Of a stretch of DNA of 64,000 nt, positions 10,642-21,760 are shown piece by piece. The number at the start of each line of letters is the position of its first letter. The first letter of the stretch is position 1. A model generated the notes under the pieces. It had not been told where the DNA came from, searched no databases, and was given only the letters and a program-made list of their open reading frames with translations. The stretch comes from an uncultured Acidobacteriota bacterium (GTDB lineage: Bacteria; Acidobacteriota; UBA6911). A program made the position numbers and the translations under genes. The stretch is from positions 544,001-608,000 of the forward strand of contig CAWJKZ010000014.1 in the NCBI GenBank assembly GCA_963843575.1, written 5' to 3'.

Positions 10642-10859
10642 TGGTACTTACCTCCTTTAAATGCGGAAGCCGGAAACGGGAAGCCGGGAGCCCTCGATCC
10701 TGCCGGTCGAAGGGCGTCCGATCTGTCCTCGTTGCTCTGGCTCCCTGCGCACACGGTTCGAGTGTCACTCCGTCCACCGCATCCACCGTCGCCCACTGGC
10801 TTCGAGTTCCGGCTTCCCGCGGTCTTATCGAACGGAATTCACCCCGCGGCACGAGATCG

Positions 10860-11678
10860 CTAATCGTAAGTCAACTTGAGCCGGCGTACCCAGATGTTGC
10901 GAAACCGGATCGGGTTGCTGTGATCCTGCAACAGGAGCGGCTCCTGCGCCCCGTGCGGCGCGTACTTTCCCACAAGCCTGTGGGCCACCTGGCCTATGAA
11001 CGCCTGATGGTTGTGCATCAGGACGCCGTTGTGGAGAAGCGTCAGGTATGCCGGCTTGGCGACCTTGTCCCCTTCAAACCTGGGAGCTTCAAACACGATG
11101 TCGTAGGTCTGCCATTCACCCTGCTTGCGCGAGGCGTTAACCAGCGGTGGGTATTGGCCGTACATCGCGGCCGCCTGCCCATCGGCGTAGGTGACGTTGC
11201 CGTTGGAATCGAGCACCTGGATCTCGTACCGGCTCATGAGCATGACGCCACTGTTGCCGCGTCCCTGGCTCGACCCGGGCGTTCCGGACGGTATGCACCA
11301 TTCGACGTGCAGCTGACAGTCGCCGAACTTCTCTCTTGTAACGAGGCTGCCGGTGCCGGGGGCGATCTCGAAGTATCCGTATTCGACCTTCCATTGACCA
11401 TTGGGGATCTTCCCTCCCTGCAGCTGCCATTGGGACAGATCCTTCCCCCCGAAAAGGACGACGGCGTCCGAAGGAGGCATGGCCGGGGTATTCGGCGGTG
11501 CCGGGTTCACCGCCACCGGTTGAGGACGGTCCGCGTCGTGCACCCGCCACTTTCCGTCGGGCAGGAACGGGGTGTCGGTGTACCCTTCTTTTTTCTGCTG
11601 CGCAACGAGGCAGACACAAACAAGGCACGTGGTGATGGCGACAACCGCAAGGAGAACCCTCTTCCGTCTGGTGGTCAT
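10860..11678 (-). CDS. DUF1080 (3-keto-disaccharide hydrolase-like) exported protein
   Basis: Motifs PPSDAVVLFGG, FGDCQLHVEW, GNSGV, YEIQVLDS and LQDHSNPIRFRNIWVR; signal peptide after MTTRRKR. Confidence 0.9.
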   Translation of the reverse strand: MTTRRKRVLLAVVAITTCLVCVCLVAQQKKEGYTDTPFLPDGKWRVHDADRPQPVAVNPAPPNTPAMPPSDAVVLFGGKDLSQWQLQGGKIPNGQWKVEYGYFEIAPGTGSLVTREKFGDCQLHVEWCIPSGTPGSSQGRGNSGVMLMSRYEIQVLDSNGNVTYADGQAAAMYGQYPPLVNASRKQGEWQTYDIVFEAPRFEGDKVAKPAYLTLLHNGVLMHNHQAFIGQVAHRLVGKYAPHGAQEPLLLQDHSNPIRFRNIWVRRLKLTYD

Positions 11679-11793
11679 GATCCATTCCTTAGTCTCAAAA
11701 GGGTGAACGCGGGCAGGAAGCGCGTCGTCCGCAACCGATTCTGGTTCAGGGCAAACCCGGGTGACAAGCTGATTTTCTGCGGCGGCACGGGCA

Positions 11794-14629
11794 TCATCTC
11801 CGCGTGGCTTTCTCGACCAGGTAGAGGACAGAGCGGTAGTTCCGGCCGGTGGCACTGGACATGCCGGTCTCACACGGGATGTTGCTCGAGTAGTAGCCGT
11901 CGTAAGAGCGCCGCTTGACTTCGGCCGCCTCGAGCATCGTGGCCGATTGCGTCAACTCCGGGAACAGAAGGCCCCGGTCCCCGGCGAAGGCGCAGCAGTC
12001 CAGGTCCAGGGGAACGTGGACCGACCTGGCGCAGCGCCGGGCCACGGCGACCATTTTGTCCTGCAGGTTCATCTTCCGTGCGGCGCAGTTCGGGTGCAGG
12101 ACGACATCCTCGTCCAGGGCGCGGATCTCCAGCTTGGGCAGAAGGACATCGTGAACGAACTCCAGGCTGTCGAGCAGCGTCAGCTTTTCCCACAGAGCCT
12201 GGTCCTGCTCCGTGAGAACGTCGCGGCAGGTGCGCAGCGTGTAGGCGCACGACGTCATGTCGATGACGACCGGGAGTTCTCCCTGACGGGTCCATGTCCC
12301 CATGAAGGCCAGGGTCCGGTGCAGCGTGGCCTTGAATGCTTCCGTGTACCCGGTCGAACCGAAGGGCATCCCACAGCAGTGCCCTTTTGCATCACCGGGG
12401 ATCCACACCCGCACGCCGGCGCGTCGTGCGACCTCGACGAGCGTTTCGGCCAGCGACGGGGCGCCGCGGGCCGGTACCCCCATGGTGCGCGATATGCACG
12501 ACGGAAAATAGACGAAGCTCGCCCCCGCAGGTTCGGTGCGCGGCAGGCGGCGGGGCACGTGTTGAACCGCCTCGTTCCACTTCGGGAGCGTGCGGCCCAC
12601 GACCCGCTCGGCTGCACGCGTGACCGCCCGGACCGTGCCCGAGCCCAGCACCGCTTCCGCCGCGTGCCCGGCCCGGAGCGCGGCGCGCAACGTGGCTTCG
12701 GCAACCCCGAAATGCTCTGCGACCCACACGCCGGCGCGCTGTCCCTTCGGGCCGACCTTTTCGGCTCGCAGCCTCTTGGTCAGGTCGCCAGTGTTGATGC
12801 CCACCGGGCAGCTTGTCGCGCACAGCCCGTCGGCAGCGCAGGTTTCCACGCCGTAGTAGTCGTAGTCCTCGGTCAGCGAGGCGAGCTCGGTCGAGCAGGC
12901 GGGGTCCGTGCGCAGTCGCGCCATCTCGCGGCGCACGACGATGCGCTGGCGCGGTGTCAGGGTGAGGCGCCGGCTTGGGCAGCGCGGCTCGCAGAACCCG
13001 CACTCAATGCACTTGTCCACCTCGGACTCGACCGCCGGAAGCGTTTTGAGATCCGTCACATGGCATCTGGGATTCGCATTGATGATGACGCCCGGGCTGA
13101 GGATGCCGCCCGGGTCGAGCAATTGCTTCAGATCGGCCATGATCGCGCACGCGTTGGCACCCCACTCCGTCTCGAGGAACGGCGCCATGTTGCGCCCCGT
13201 GCCGTGTTCCGCCTTCAAGGCACCGTCGTACTTGCCCGACACGACGCGCACGAGATCCCCCATGAAGGCTTCGAACTGGCGCACCTCGCCGGAGGTGTTG
13301 AAGGACTGAGACATTACGAAGTGCAGGTTGCCGTCCTTGGCATGGCCGAAGATGATCGCGTCCTCGTAGCCGTGCGTCTGGAACAGACCCTGCAAGTCGG
13401 TCACACCGTCGGCAAGCCGCGGCACCGGAAACACAATATCCTCGATCAGGATGGTCGTGCCCGGACGCCGCATCGCCCCCAACGACGGGATCATCCCCTT
13501 CCGCAGTTTCCATAGATCGGCTTGGGCTGCTGGATCCTCGGTGAATTCGGGATCGTGGATCAGGGTCAGTTCCCTGCAGGTGCGCTCCGCCGCGGACCGG
13601 AAAGCGGCGACGTCGCGGTCGGCTCCCTGATATTCCGCCAGGATGGCGGAGGCTCCGGGGGGGAGTTGCGCGAGCAGTGCCGGCGCCCCAGGCAGCTTTT
13701 CGACGGAGCGGAGCGAGGCCCGGTCCATGATTTCCGCGGCGCGCGCGCCCGACTCCCGCAGAGGAGCGATAGCCCGGGCCGCGTCCTGGACGCTGCCGAA
13801 GTAAAGCTGACCGGTGTATTTGCGGGGGTATTCCGGGAGGGTGTCGAGCACGGCTTCCGCGATGAAGCCGAGCGTCCCCTCCGATCCGATCATCAGGTGC
13901 ACCAGGATGTCCAGGGCCGAATCGAAGTCGACGAACGCATTGAGCGAGTACCCGTTGTTGTTTTTCATCTGGTAGCGCGTACGGACTCGTTCGCTCAGCC
14001 CGGCGTCGGAAAGCAACCGCCGCCTCAACTCCAGCAGCCCACGCGCCACCTCGGGCGCTTCCGCTGCAAACTTCTCCTGCGCGCCGGCAGCGCCCGTGTC
14101 GAGCACCGAGCCGTTCGGAAGCACGACGGTCATCGACCGGACGGTTCGATAGGCGTTCTCGGAGACTCCGCAGCACATGCCGCTCGAGTTGTTCGCCAGC
14201 ATGCCTCCGATCATGCACACGTCCAGCGAGGCTGGGTCGGGACCAATCCGGCGGCCGTACGGTTTCAGCACGGCGTTGACGTAGGAGCCGATCAGGGCAG
14301 GCTCCACGCGCACCTGCTTTCCCCCCGTCTTCGACCTGGACGCGGCGCCAGGCCTTCGTGATGTCGACGAGAATCCCGTCGGTCACCGATTGGCCCGACA
14401 GGCTCGTCCCCGCCGCACGGAACGTGGCCGGGACCCCCGTCCTGCCGCTGAAACGGAACAGGCTGCGGATTTCGCCCGTCGTCGACGGCTGCACCACCAC
14501 CTGCGGCACCAGGCGGAAATAGCTGGCGTCGTTGGCGTAGGCAACCCGTTCGATGGGGCGGCTCAGAACGCGCTCGGGCCCGAGCAGTTGCACTAACTCC
14601 CGCAGGGCTCCCTGATCCAGTGTGCTCAT
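11794..14629 (-). CDS. FAD-binding and Fe-S oxidoreductase (Fe-S D-lactate dehydrogenase-like); frameshift near 14315
   Basis: FRAAGTSLSGQ, GPDPAS, GGMLANNSSGMCCG, GSEGTLG, LKAEHGTGRNMAPF, CIECGFCEPRCP, CAADGLCATSCP and CCG domains. Confidence 0.88.
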
Positions 14630-15754
14630 CGGCTTGACCTCCCGCGCCCGATCCGCAGGACGCCGGATCCGGCCGGCTCCTGCTGAGTCAGGCAATGCAG
14701 CGTTCCGAAACCGAGCACCAGGTCGACCGCGTGGATCCCGACGACGCTCCTGTCCGGGAAAAGTTCTCCCAGGATGCCGAGCGCCAGGCGGTCCCTGGGA
14801 TCGTTGAACGTGGGCACGATGACCGCGGCGTTGCTGATGTAGAAATTGGCATAACTCGCAGGCAGCCGCCCGCCGTCGAAAAACAGGGGTCCCGGCATCG
14901 GCAGCGGCACCACTTCGGGCCTCGCTCCGTCCTCGAGCCGGAAGTCGCGCACGCGCTCCCAGTTTTCCGCCAGCGGACGATAGTTGGCGTCGCGCGGGTC
15001 GTCTTCCCTCACCAGCACCACGGTCGCCGGGTTCACGAACCGGCAGATGTCGTCAACGTGGCCGTGCGTGTCGTCCCCCGCGATGCCCCGTCCGAGCCAG
15101 AGCACGTTGTTCGCGCCCAGGTAGTCCCGGACCGCTTCTTCGAACGCGCGCCGGCTCATCCCGGGGTTGCGGACCTGCACGGCAGGATCGAGGTAGCACT
15201 CGTCGGTAGTCAGGAGAGTTCCCCGGCCGTTGACGTCCACGCCTCCCCCTTCCAGCACGAAATTGCGGCGGCCGTGCCGGGCCCGGAACAGCCGTTTTCC
15301 GAGACACCGGCCGGCCGCGAGCGGGCACGCGGCGGTCGCGCCGCCAGTCCGGGTACTTCGCCCACGCGTTGAAGTGGAAGTCGACGATCGCCGTCTCCAG
15401 CCGTCGCCGGAACGTACGCCGTACGAAAATGGGGCCGCTGTCGCGCATCCAGCCGCGGTTCGTGGGCTGAACGACGAACTCGACGGACGCCGTACTCGCC
15501 CCTGCACGCGCCAGGTACCGGCGCGCGCGCCGCTCCTCGGACCTCGAGTCGACCAGGATCCGCACCTTCTCTCCCGCGGAGATCTTGCGCACGATCTCCC
15601 CGTAGACCCAACGGATGGTGTCGAGCTTGTCGGGCCAGTCGGTCGGGTTGTGTGGCCAGCCGAGCCACGTGGCCGCGTGCCGCTCCCATTCCGCCGGCAT
15701 CGAAAAGCCGAGCGCGGCGGGGGTGTCTTCTGACGCAGGTTCCGGTCTTGCCAT
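14626..15754 (-). CDS. aguA: Agmatine deiminase family protein; frameshift near 15320
   Basis: MPAEWERH, WMRDSGP, FNAWAK, LEGGG, DDTHGHVDD, PASYANFY and GFGTLHCLTQQEP across two frames. Confidence 0.9.
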
Positions 15755-15836
15755 GTGAAGAACTTGCCATGGATTTGACGAAATGCGGCAATTTTTTTTG
15801 TGCTACGCTTGACAGTCTCAAAGATGGTTGAAGCCG

Positions 15837-15842
15837 TATAAT
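15837..15842 (+). promoter_or_regulatory. Possible sigma70 -10 box for the DHS-like/decarboxylase operon
   Basis: Perfect TATAAT in an AT-rich divergent intergenic region, 35 nt upstream of ATG 15878; no correctly spaced -35. Confidence 0.35.
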
Positions 15843-15877
15843 TCATTTCTTTTGCACGAGGGGAACGGGACAGCGCC

Positions 15878-17089
15878 ATGGCCAAGGATCGGAAGAAGAA
15901 CGCTCGGTACCGGGAAGATCTTTCGGAGACGCCCGATTGGCTCAAGAAGAAGAAATGCCCGCATAGGGAGAAATACCTCTCCGGCCAGCGCATCATGCCG
16001 CCCAACATCACCGGACGGGAAAAGCCGGCAGACCTGGTCGACGGGACCTTTCTCGCATACAACGGGGCCCGGCTGAGGGAAGGCTGCCAACTCTTTGTCG
16101 AAAAGATGCTCGATCCCGACGTCACCATCGGGATGAGCCTTTCGGGGGCGCTGACCCCCGCCGGCCTGGGATGTTCCTGCATCGTCCCGCTGATCAGGGC
16201 CGGCTTCGTGGACTGGATCGTCGCCACGGGAGCCAACCTCTACCACGACCTCCATTTTGCCCTCAACTACCCGGTGCATGCCGGCAGCTTCAAGATGGAC
16301 GACACCGACCTGCGCAACAACGACATCGTGCGCGTGTACGACGTCTTGCTCGGTTACAGCGACTGCCTGATGGCAACGGACGAGATCCTGCGCGAAATCC
16401 TGGTGCAGCCCGAGTTCCAGAAGGAGATGGGGACGGCCGAGTTGCACTACCTCATTGGCCGTTATGCAGCCGAGTGGGAGCGCAAGGCCGGGTTGAAGAA
16501 CGTCTCCGTGCTCGCGGCGGCTTACCGGGCTGGCGTTCCGTGCTACACATCGTCTCCCGGGGACTCGACCATCGGGATGAACGTCGCCGGGGTGGAACTG
16601 CGCGGCAACAAGCTACGGCTAAATCCCTCGATCGACGTGAACGAAACTACGGCTTTCGTGCTCGCGGCCAAGCGCGGCGGGGGCAAGAGCGCCGTGGTGC
16701 TCTGGGGAGGCGGCAGCCCGAAGAACTTCATGCTCCAGACCGAGCCGCAGATCCAGGAGGTCCTGCGCATCAAGGAGTTCGGCCAGGACTACTTCCTGCA
16801 GGTGACCGACGCGCGCCCCGACACCGGCGGTCTGAGCGGGGCGACTCCTAGCGAGGCGGTGAGCTGGGGCAAGGTCGATCCCGAGCGGTTGCCGGACGCC
16901 GTGGTCTGCTACACGGATACGACCATTGCCATGCCGCTGCTGACGCACTACGCCCTGGCGCGCCACAAAGCCCGCGCCTCGAAGCGCCTGTACGACCAGC
17001 GCGGGCCGATGGTCAATGCCCTCACCCGGGAGTATTTCAAGCACACCAGGGTGAAGATGGTCGACGGCTCCGACCCGGTGCTCGGCTAG
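15878..17089 (+). CDS. Deoxyhypusine synthase-like protein (probable homospermidine biosynthesis)
   Basis: [35 protein letters not shown] and [17 protein letters not shown] with the conserved catalytic Lys. Confidence 0.92.
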   Translation: MAKDRKKNARYREDLSETPDWLKKKKCPHREKYLSGQRIMPPNITGREKPADLVDGTFLAYNGARLREGCQLFVEKMLDPDVTIGMSLSGALTPAGLGCSCIVPLIRAGFVDWIVATGANLYHDLHFALNYPVHAGSFKMDDTDLRNNDIVRVYDVLLGYSDCLMATDEILREILVQPEFQKEMGTAELHYLIGRYAAEWERKAGLKNVSVLAAAYRAGVPCYTSSPGDSTIGMNVAGVELRGNKLRLNPSIDVNETTAFVLAAKRGGGKSAVVLWGGGSPKNFMLQTEPQIQEVLRIKEFGQDYFLQVTDARPDTGGLSGATPSEAVSWGKVDPERLPDAVVCYTDTTIAMPLLTHYALARHKARASKRLYDQRGPMVNALTREYFKHTRVKMVDGSDPVLG

Positions 17090-17105
17090 ATCGCGGAGAC
17101 TCCCG

Positions 17106-18255
17106 ATGAACGCGAGACAACTGCAGGCCATTGCGAAAACCCACGGCACCCCCGTGGTCGTCATCGATCACGAAATCATCCGCCGCAATTATGCGCGGTA
17201 CAGGAAACACCTGCCCAAGGTGCAGGCCTACTATGCGGTGAAGGCCAACCCGGCGCCGGAGATAGTGCGCACCCTCTACCGCGCGGGGGCCAGTTTCGAC
17301 GTCGCCTCCCTCCCGGAGTTCATGCTGGTGTGCGACAACATCAGGCACCTGCCCGTCGGGGAACAGCAGGATTTCATCTGGGACAAGATCGTGTTCGCCA
17401 ATCCGACCAAGCCCAAGGAGACCCTGCGAGGCGCTCGATCCGTACCGGCCGCTGGTCACTTTCGACAACGTGAACGAGCTGCACAAGATCAAACAGCATG
17501 CCCCGAACGCGGGCGTGGTCCTGCGGCTGCGCGTGCCGAACACCGGCTCGATGGTCGAACTCTCCTCGAAGTTCGGGTGCGACCCGGGGGAGGCGGTCGA
17601 CCTGATCGTCGAGGCGTTCAGGATCGGTCTCACGGTCGAAGGGCTCAGTTTCCACGTCGGCAGCCAGTGCACGAATTTCGACAACTTCGTCCAGGCGCTC
17701 AACATGGCTTCGGCGGTGATGCGCGAGTCGTCGGCCCGGGGGCACGCGCTGCAGATCCTGGACATCGGCGGCGGGTTCCCGGTGCCCTACGACCGGCACG
17801 TGAAACCGTTCAGTCTCCTGGCGCGCAAGATCAATGCCGAGATCAACCGGCTCTTTCCGGAAGACATCCAGATCCTCGCCGAGCCCGGGAGGTTCCTCGT
17901 CGCGACCGCGGCAACGCTGGTGGCCAGGGTCATCGGGAAAGCCGTCCGCGACGGCAAGACCTGCTACTTCATCGACGACAGCGTCTACCACACGTTTTCA
18001 GGCATTATTTTCGACCACTGCCAGTACCACATAAAGGCCTTCAAGGGGGGCAAACCGGAGATCTGCTCCGTCTTCGGCCAGACCTGCGACGGGCTCGACA
18101 CGATCTCGCATTCGGAGGAACTGCCCGAGCTCGACCTCGAAGACCTGGTGTACTCGGAGAACATCGGAGCCTACAGCAACGCCTCCTCGACCTGGTTCAA
18201 CGGCTTCCCGCCCGCCAAGGTCGTGCCATGTGAACGAGTAAGAACAGGGTGCTGA
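17106..18255 (+). CDS. PLP-dependent ornithine/lysine/arginine decarboxylase (alanine-racemase fold); frameshift near 17430
   Basis: YYAVKANP (PLP Lys), FDVAS, SKFG, SFHVGSQ, DIGGGFP, EPGRFLV, GQTCDGLD and GAYS. True stop may be TAA at 18241 if there is another indel near 18226. Confidence 0.9.
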
Positions 18256-18311
18256 TTGAAGGGGGTTGGTCTGTCGAGCGGTCACGTCGCGTGGAACCCC
18301 GACCGGCGTCC

Positions 18312-19277
18312 CTAGCGTTCTTCGAACGGCAGAAGGACCCGCACGTTTTTCGACTTGCACCTCAGAGAGAGGCGGCGCGCCGTTGCGGGGGCCAGAAACG
18401 AATACTTGCCGTTGAGATCCCGGGCGAGATGGATGAAGTTGAAGGTCAGGGCACCGCGGCCGGTGCTCTCCCGGGGCAGCCTCAGGATATCCGAGCCCGG
18501 TGCCAGCGCACCGAACACGGAGGCTACCCCTCCGGACCGGCGCGCCAACTCGAAATAGTCGGCGAGCCAGCTGCCGTACTGGGGACGCGGAACGTACACC
18601 GGGTAGAGGAAGACGCGCTCCCGGGCGAGCGTGGCGAACAGTGGGGCCCGTTTTGCCCCGGGATTCAGGTTGCCGTCCGACAGGATGACCACGGCCTTGC
18701 GGACCTCCCGCCCGGCCAACGACGGGTCCCGTGCCGCGAACTCCGTCAGTTCGCCCGCAGAGTAACTGAGGCCGTCGATCAAGCCCCCCCGCCCCAGCCT
18801 CACGGTCTCCCCCGATCCGACCGCACTCAGTTCGGTGCGGTTGCGGGCGAACCGGCGGAACGCATCGCGCAGGGCTGCCGCGTCGTGCGCCAGCGGGGCG
18901 AGCGTCTCCAACCGGTCGCTGACAAGCTTCACCCCTATGGCCGACGCCGGGTGGAAGAGCGCGAATATCGCCTCAGCGGCGCCGGACTGGTTCTCGATCA
19001 TCCGGGCGTCCACCCCGGGGTTGAAATCGATCAGCACCCAGGCAGCCAGGGGAATGCTTTGGTCGGCCTGATGCAGGCCGCCGCGAAAACCGGTCAATTC
19101 GGCACGACGCCCGTCGATCCGGAGTTCGAATTCGGAGGCGGTGAGCCCCAGCACCGGCCGCTCGGATGGACCGAGGGCGGAGAAGTACACCCGCTGCAAG
19201 CCGGGCCCGGCTTGCAGGGCCGCCAGAAGCACCAGGTTAGGGATCAGGGACACGCCGCAGGCGGTGAGCTGAATCAT
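18312..19277 (-). CDS. Hypothetical exported VWA-like protein (Acidobacteria VWFA-type)
   Basis: PVLGLTASEFELRIDG N-terminal motif, RKAVVILSDG and LARRSGG; MIDAS degenerate. Confidence 0.6.
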   Translation of the reverse strand: MIQLTACGVSLIPNLVLLAALQAGPGLQRVYFSALGPSERPVLGLTASEFELRIDGRRAELTGFRGGLHQADQSIPLAAWVLIDFNPGVDARMIENQSGAAEAIFALFHPASAIGVKLVSDRLETLAPLAHDAAALRDAFRRFARNRTELSAVGSGETVRLGRGGLIDGLSYSAGELTEFAARDPSLAGREVRKAVVILSDGNLNPGAKRAPLFATLARERVFLYPVYVPRPQYGSWLADYFELARRSGGVASVFGALAPGSDILRLPRESTGRGALTFNFIHLARDLNGKYSFLAPATARRLSLRCKSKNVRVLLPFEER

Positions 19278-19406
19278 CGTGCTGGAGATGTCGTGGCGCC
19301 GGTTGCCGGGGAGGTACGCCCCAAGTTGTGTTTACCTACGGCGCGTCCTCAATTGTAGAATGGGCCCTCACACGAGCGCAATCCGATTCAGGACTGGGAG
19401 GTGCAC

Positions 19407-20733
19407 ATGAGATCGGCAACACCACGCTGGATCATTCCTCTGTTTGCGGTTGTGCTGGCCGCGCCCGGCCTCGTGTCTCAGGATCTGACCGGGCAGGTGC
19501 AGGTGCGCGTGCAACTCGATCACCCCGACTGGACCTACACCCCTGGCCAGCCGGTGCTTTTCCGCATCAGCGCCGTGCGCGACGGCCAACCGCTCCCGGG
19601 AGCGCGAACGACGGTCAGGATCGGCCCGGAGATGATGCCTCCCGAAATCGAGAAGACCGTCGACCTGCCGGCCGAGGGCGCCACCGTCGAGGGGGGCACC
19701 ATGAGGAGGCCAGGGTTTCTTCGCTGCATCGCTTCGATCGAGCACGAGGGAAGGAGCTACCGCGGCCTGGCGACCGCTGGCTTCCAGCCCGGAGAGATCC
19801 GGCCCACGACGGAAGACCCCGCCGACTTCGACTCCTTCTGGGCCGGGGCGAAGGCGGCACTGGCCAAGATCCCTCTCGATGCGCGCCTGACGCCGCTCCC
19901 CGACTACGGCACCTCGACCGTGGAGGTCTACCACGTCAACCTCCAGAACATCGGGGAGAGCGCACCGAGCCGGCTCTACGGGATCCTGTGCCAGCCAAGG
20001 GCGGAAGGTAAGTACCCCGCGGTCCTGTCCGTGCCCGGGGCGGGCGTGCGGCCCTACCGCGGCCTGGTGGAACTGGCCGAGAAGGGGCTGATCACGTTTC
20101 AGATCGGGATACACGGATTGCCGGTGAACCTCGACCCGGCCGTTTACGAATCGCTCCGGGTCGGCGCCCTGGCAGGATACCCGGGGTTCGGGTTGGACAG
20201 CCGCACCCGCTACTATTACTACCGCGTGTTCCTCGGCTGCGTGCGCGCCAACGACTTCATCGTCGGCCTCCCGAAATGGGACGGCGGCAATCTCCTCGTC
20301 ACGGGCGGGAGCCAGGGGGGAGCGCTGTCGATCGTGACGGCCGGGCTCGACCCCCGAGTCAAGGGCCTGGCGGCGTACTACCCGGCCCTGTCCGACGTCA
20401 CCGGATACCTCAATGGCCGGGCCGGAGGCTGGCCCCACATTTTCCGGTCGGAACAGGACCCGACCCTGCGGATGAAGGAAAAGGTCGAGACTTCGCGCTA
20501 CTACGACGTCGTGAACTTCGCGCGGCGCGTGCGTGTGCCCGGCCTTTACACGTGGGGGTTCAACGACGAAACGTGCCCGCCCACGTCGATGTACTGCCGC
20601 GTACAACGTCATCCCGGGACCCAAGAAACTCCTGCTGGCGCTGGAAACCGGGCACGGCAGCGTGCCCGAGCAGGTGGACCGGGTCAACCGGTGGATCGAG
20701 GAGTTCCTCAAGAGCGGCGGAGCCCAACACTGA
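19407..20733 (+). CDS. Acetylxylan esterase / cephalosporin-C deacetylase (CE7-like), exported; frameshift near 20597
   Basis: Signal peptide, PADFDSFW, GGSQGG nucleophile motif, YYDVVNFA, DETCPPTS and C-terminal GH. Confidence 0.87.
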
Positions 20734-20755
20734 TCGAGACGGAGTGGAATTGCAC

Positions 20756-21547
20756 ATGGCCCCTGACAACCTGAGACGAGAGCTGTACGCCGAATTCCTG
20801 GGAACGATGGTGCTGATCCTGTTCGGGGCCGGCGTCGTCGCCCAGAACATACTCAGCGAGGGCAGGAACGGGAGTTACCTGGCGATCAACATCGCTTGGG
20901 GGTTGGGGGTCGCCATGGGAGTGTACATCGCCGGCGGCGTCTCCGGAGCGCACCTCAACCCCGCGGTCAGCCTGGCGCTCGCCTTCAGGAAGACCTTCCC
21001 GTGGCGCAAGGTTCTGCCATACTCGCTCGCCCAGACCGCGGGCGCCTTCGCAGCCTCGCTCGTGGTCTTTTCGGTGTACAACGACGCCTTCCGCGCCTTC
21101 GACGGTGGGGTGCGGGCCGTCGCCGGTGCCAAGGCCACGGCCGGGATATTCGCCACCTACCCCGCGCCGTTCCTGTCGACCTTCGGCGGGCTGGTCGACC
21201 AGATCGTCGGCACGGCGATTCTCATGCTGGTCATCTGCGCGCTGGGCGACGCGCGCAACATGGCGCCTTCCGCCAACGTCGGCCCGCTCCTGACAGGCCT
21301 CCTCGTCGTCGGCATCGGGATGTGTTTCGGTTTCAACTGCGGCTATGCCATCAACCCGGCCCGCGACCTCGGGCCCCGACTGTTCACCTCGCTGGCGGGC
21401 TGGGGTGTCGAGGTTTTCCGGGCCGGCCATTTCTGGTTCTGGGTTCCCATCGCCGGTCCACTGGCAGGCGGCATTGCCGGGACGTGGATTTACGACGCGC
21501 TGATCGGCAGACACTTTGTCAGACAAGACACGCAGGCGGCACGCTGA
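20756..21547 (+). CDS. glpF: Aquaglyceroporin (MIP family)
   Basis: AEFLGT, SGAHLNPAVS, IFATYP and YAINPARDLGPR (NPARD signature of aquaglyceroporins). Confidence 0.9.
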   Translation: MAPDNLRRELYAEFLGTMVLILFGAGVVAQNILSEGRNGSYLAINIAWGLGVAMGVYIAGGVSGAHLNPAVSLALAFRKTFPWRKVLPYSLAQTAGAFAASLVVFSVYNDAFRAFDGGVRAVAGAKATAGIFATYPAPFLSTFGGLVDQIVGTAILMLVICALGDARNMAPSANVGPLLTGLLVVGIGMCFGFNCGYAINPARDLGPRLFTSLAGWGVEVFRAGHFWFWVPIAGPLAGGIAGTWIYDALIGRHFVRQDTQAAR

Positions 21548-21760
21548 ACATTCAGCGCTGCCGCCCCCGACACTCCCGGATTCCCCGGGTGTGCAGACGT
21601 GTTTGTTGACCTCATGCGAAGCCTGAACCACTCGGCGGAACCTGTGAAGTCAAGCAGGGAATCGGTGCAGGCGGCGCTCGGCTCTCGTGATCGTCACACC
21701 GAAGACGGTCAACGACCTGACGCAGGTCCGGATAAAGAGCAATGTGCTGCCCGGGCAGGA

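Noticed and set aside
15809-15842. Perfect TTGACA + TATAAT sigma70 promoter
   Set aside because: The spacer is 22 nt, too long for one promoter; only the -10 is kept, at low confidence.
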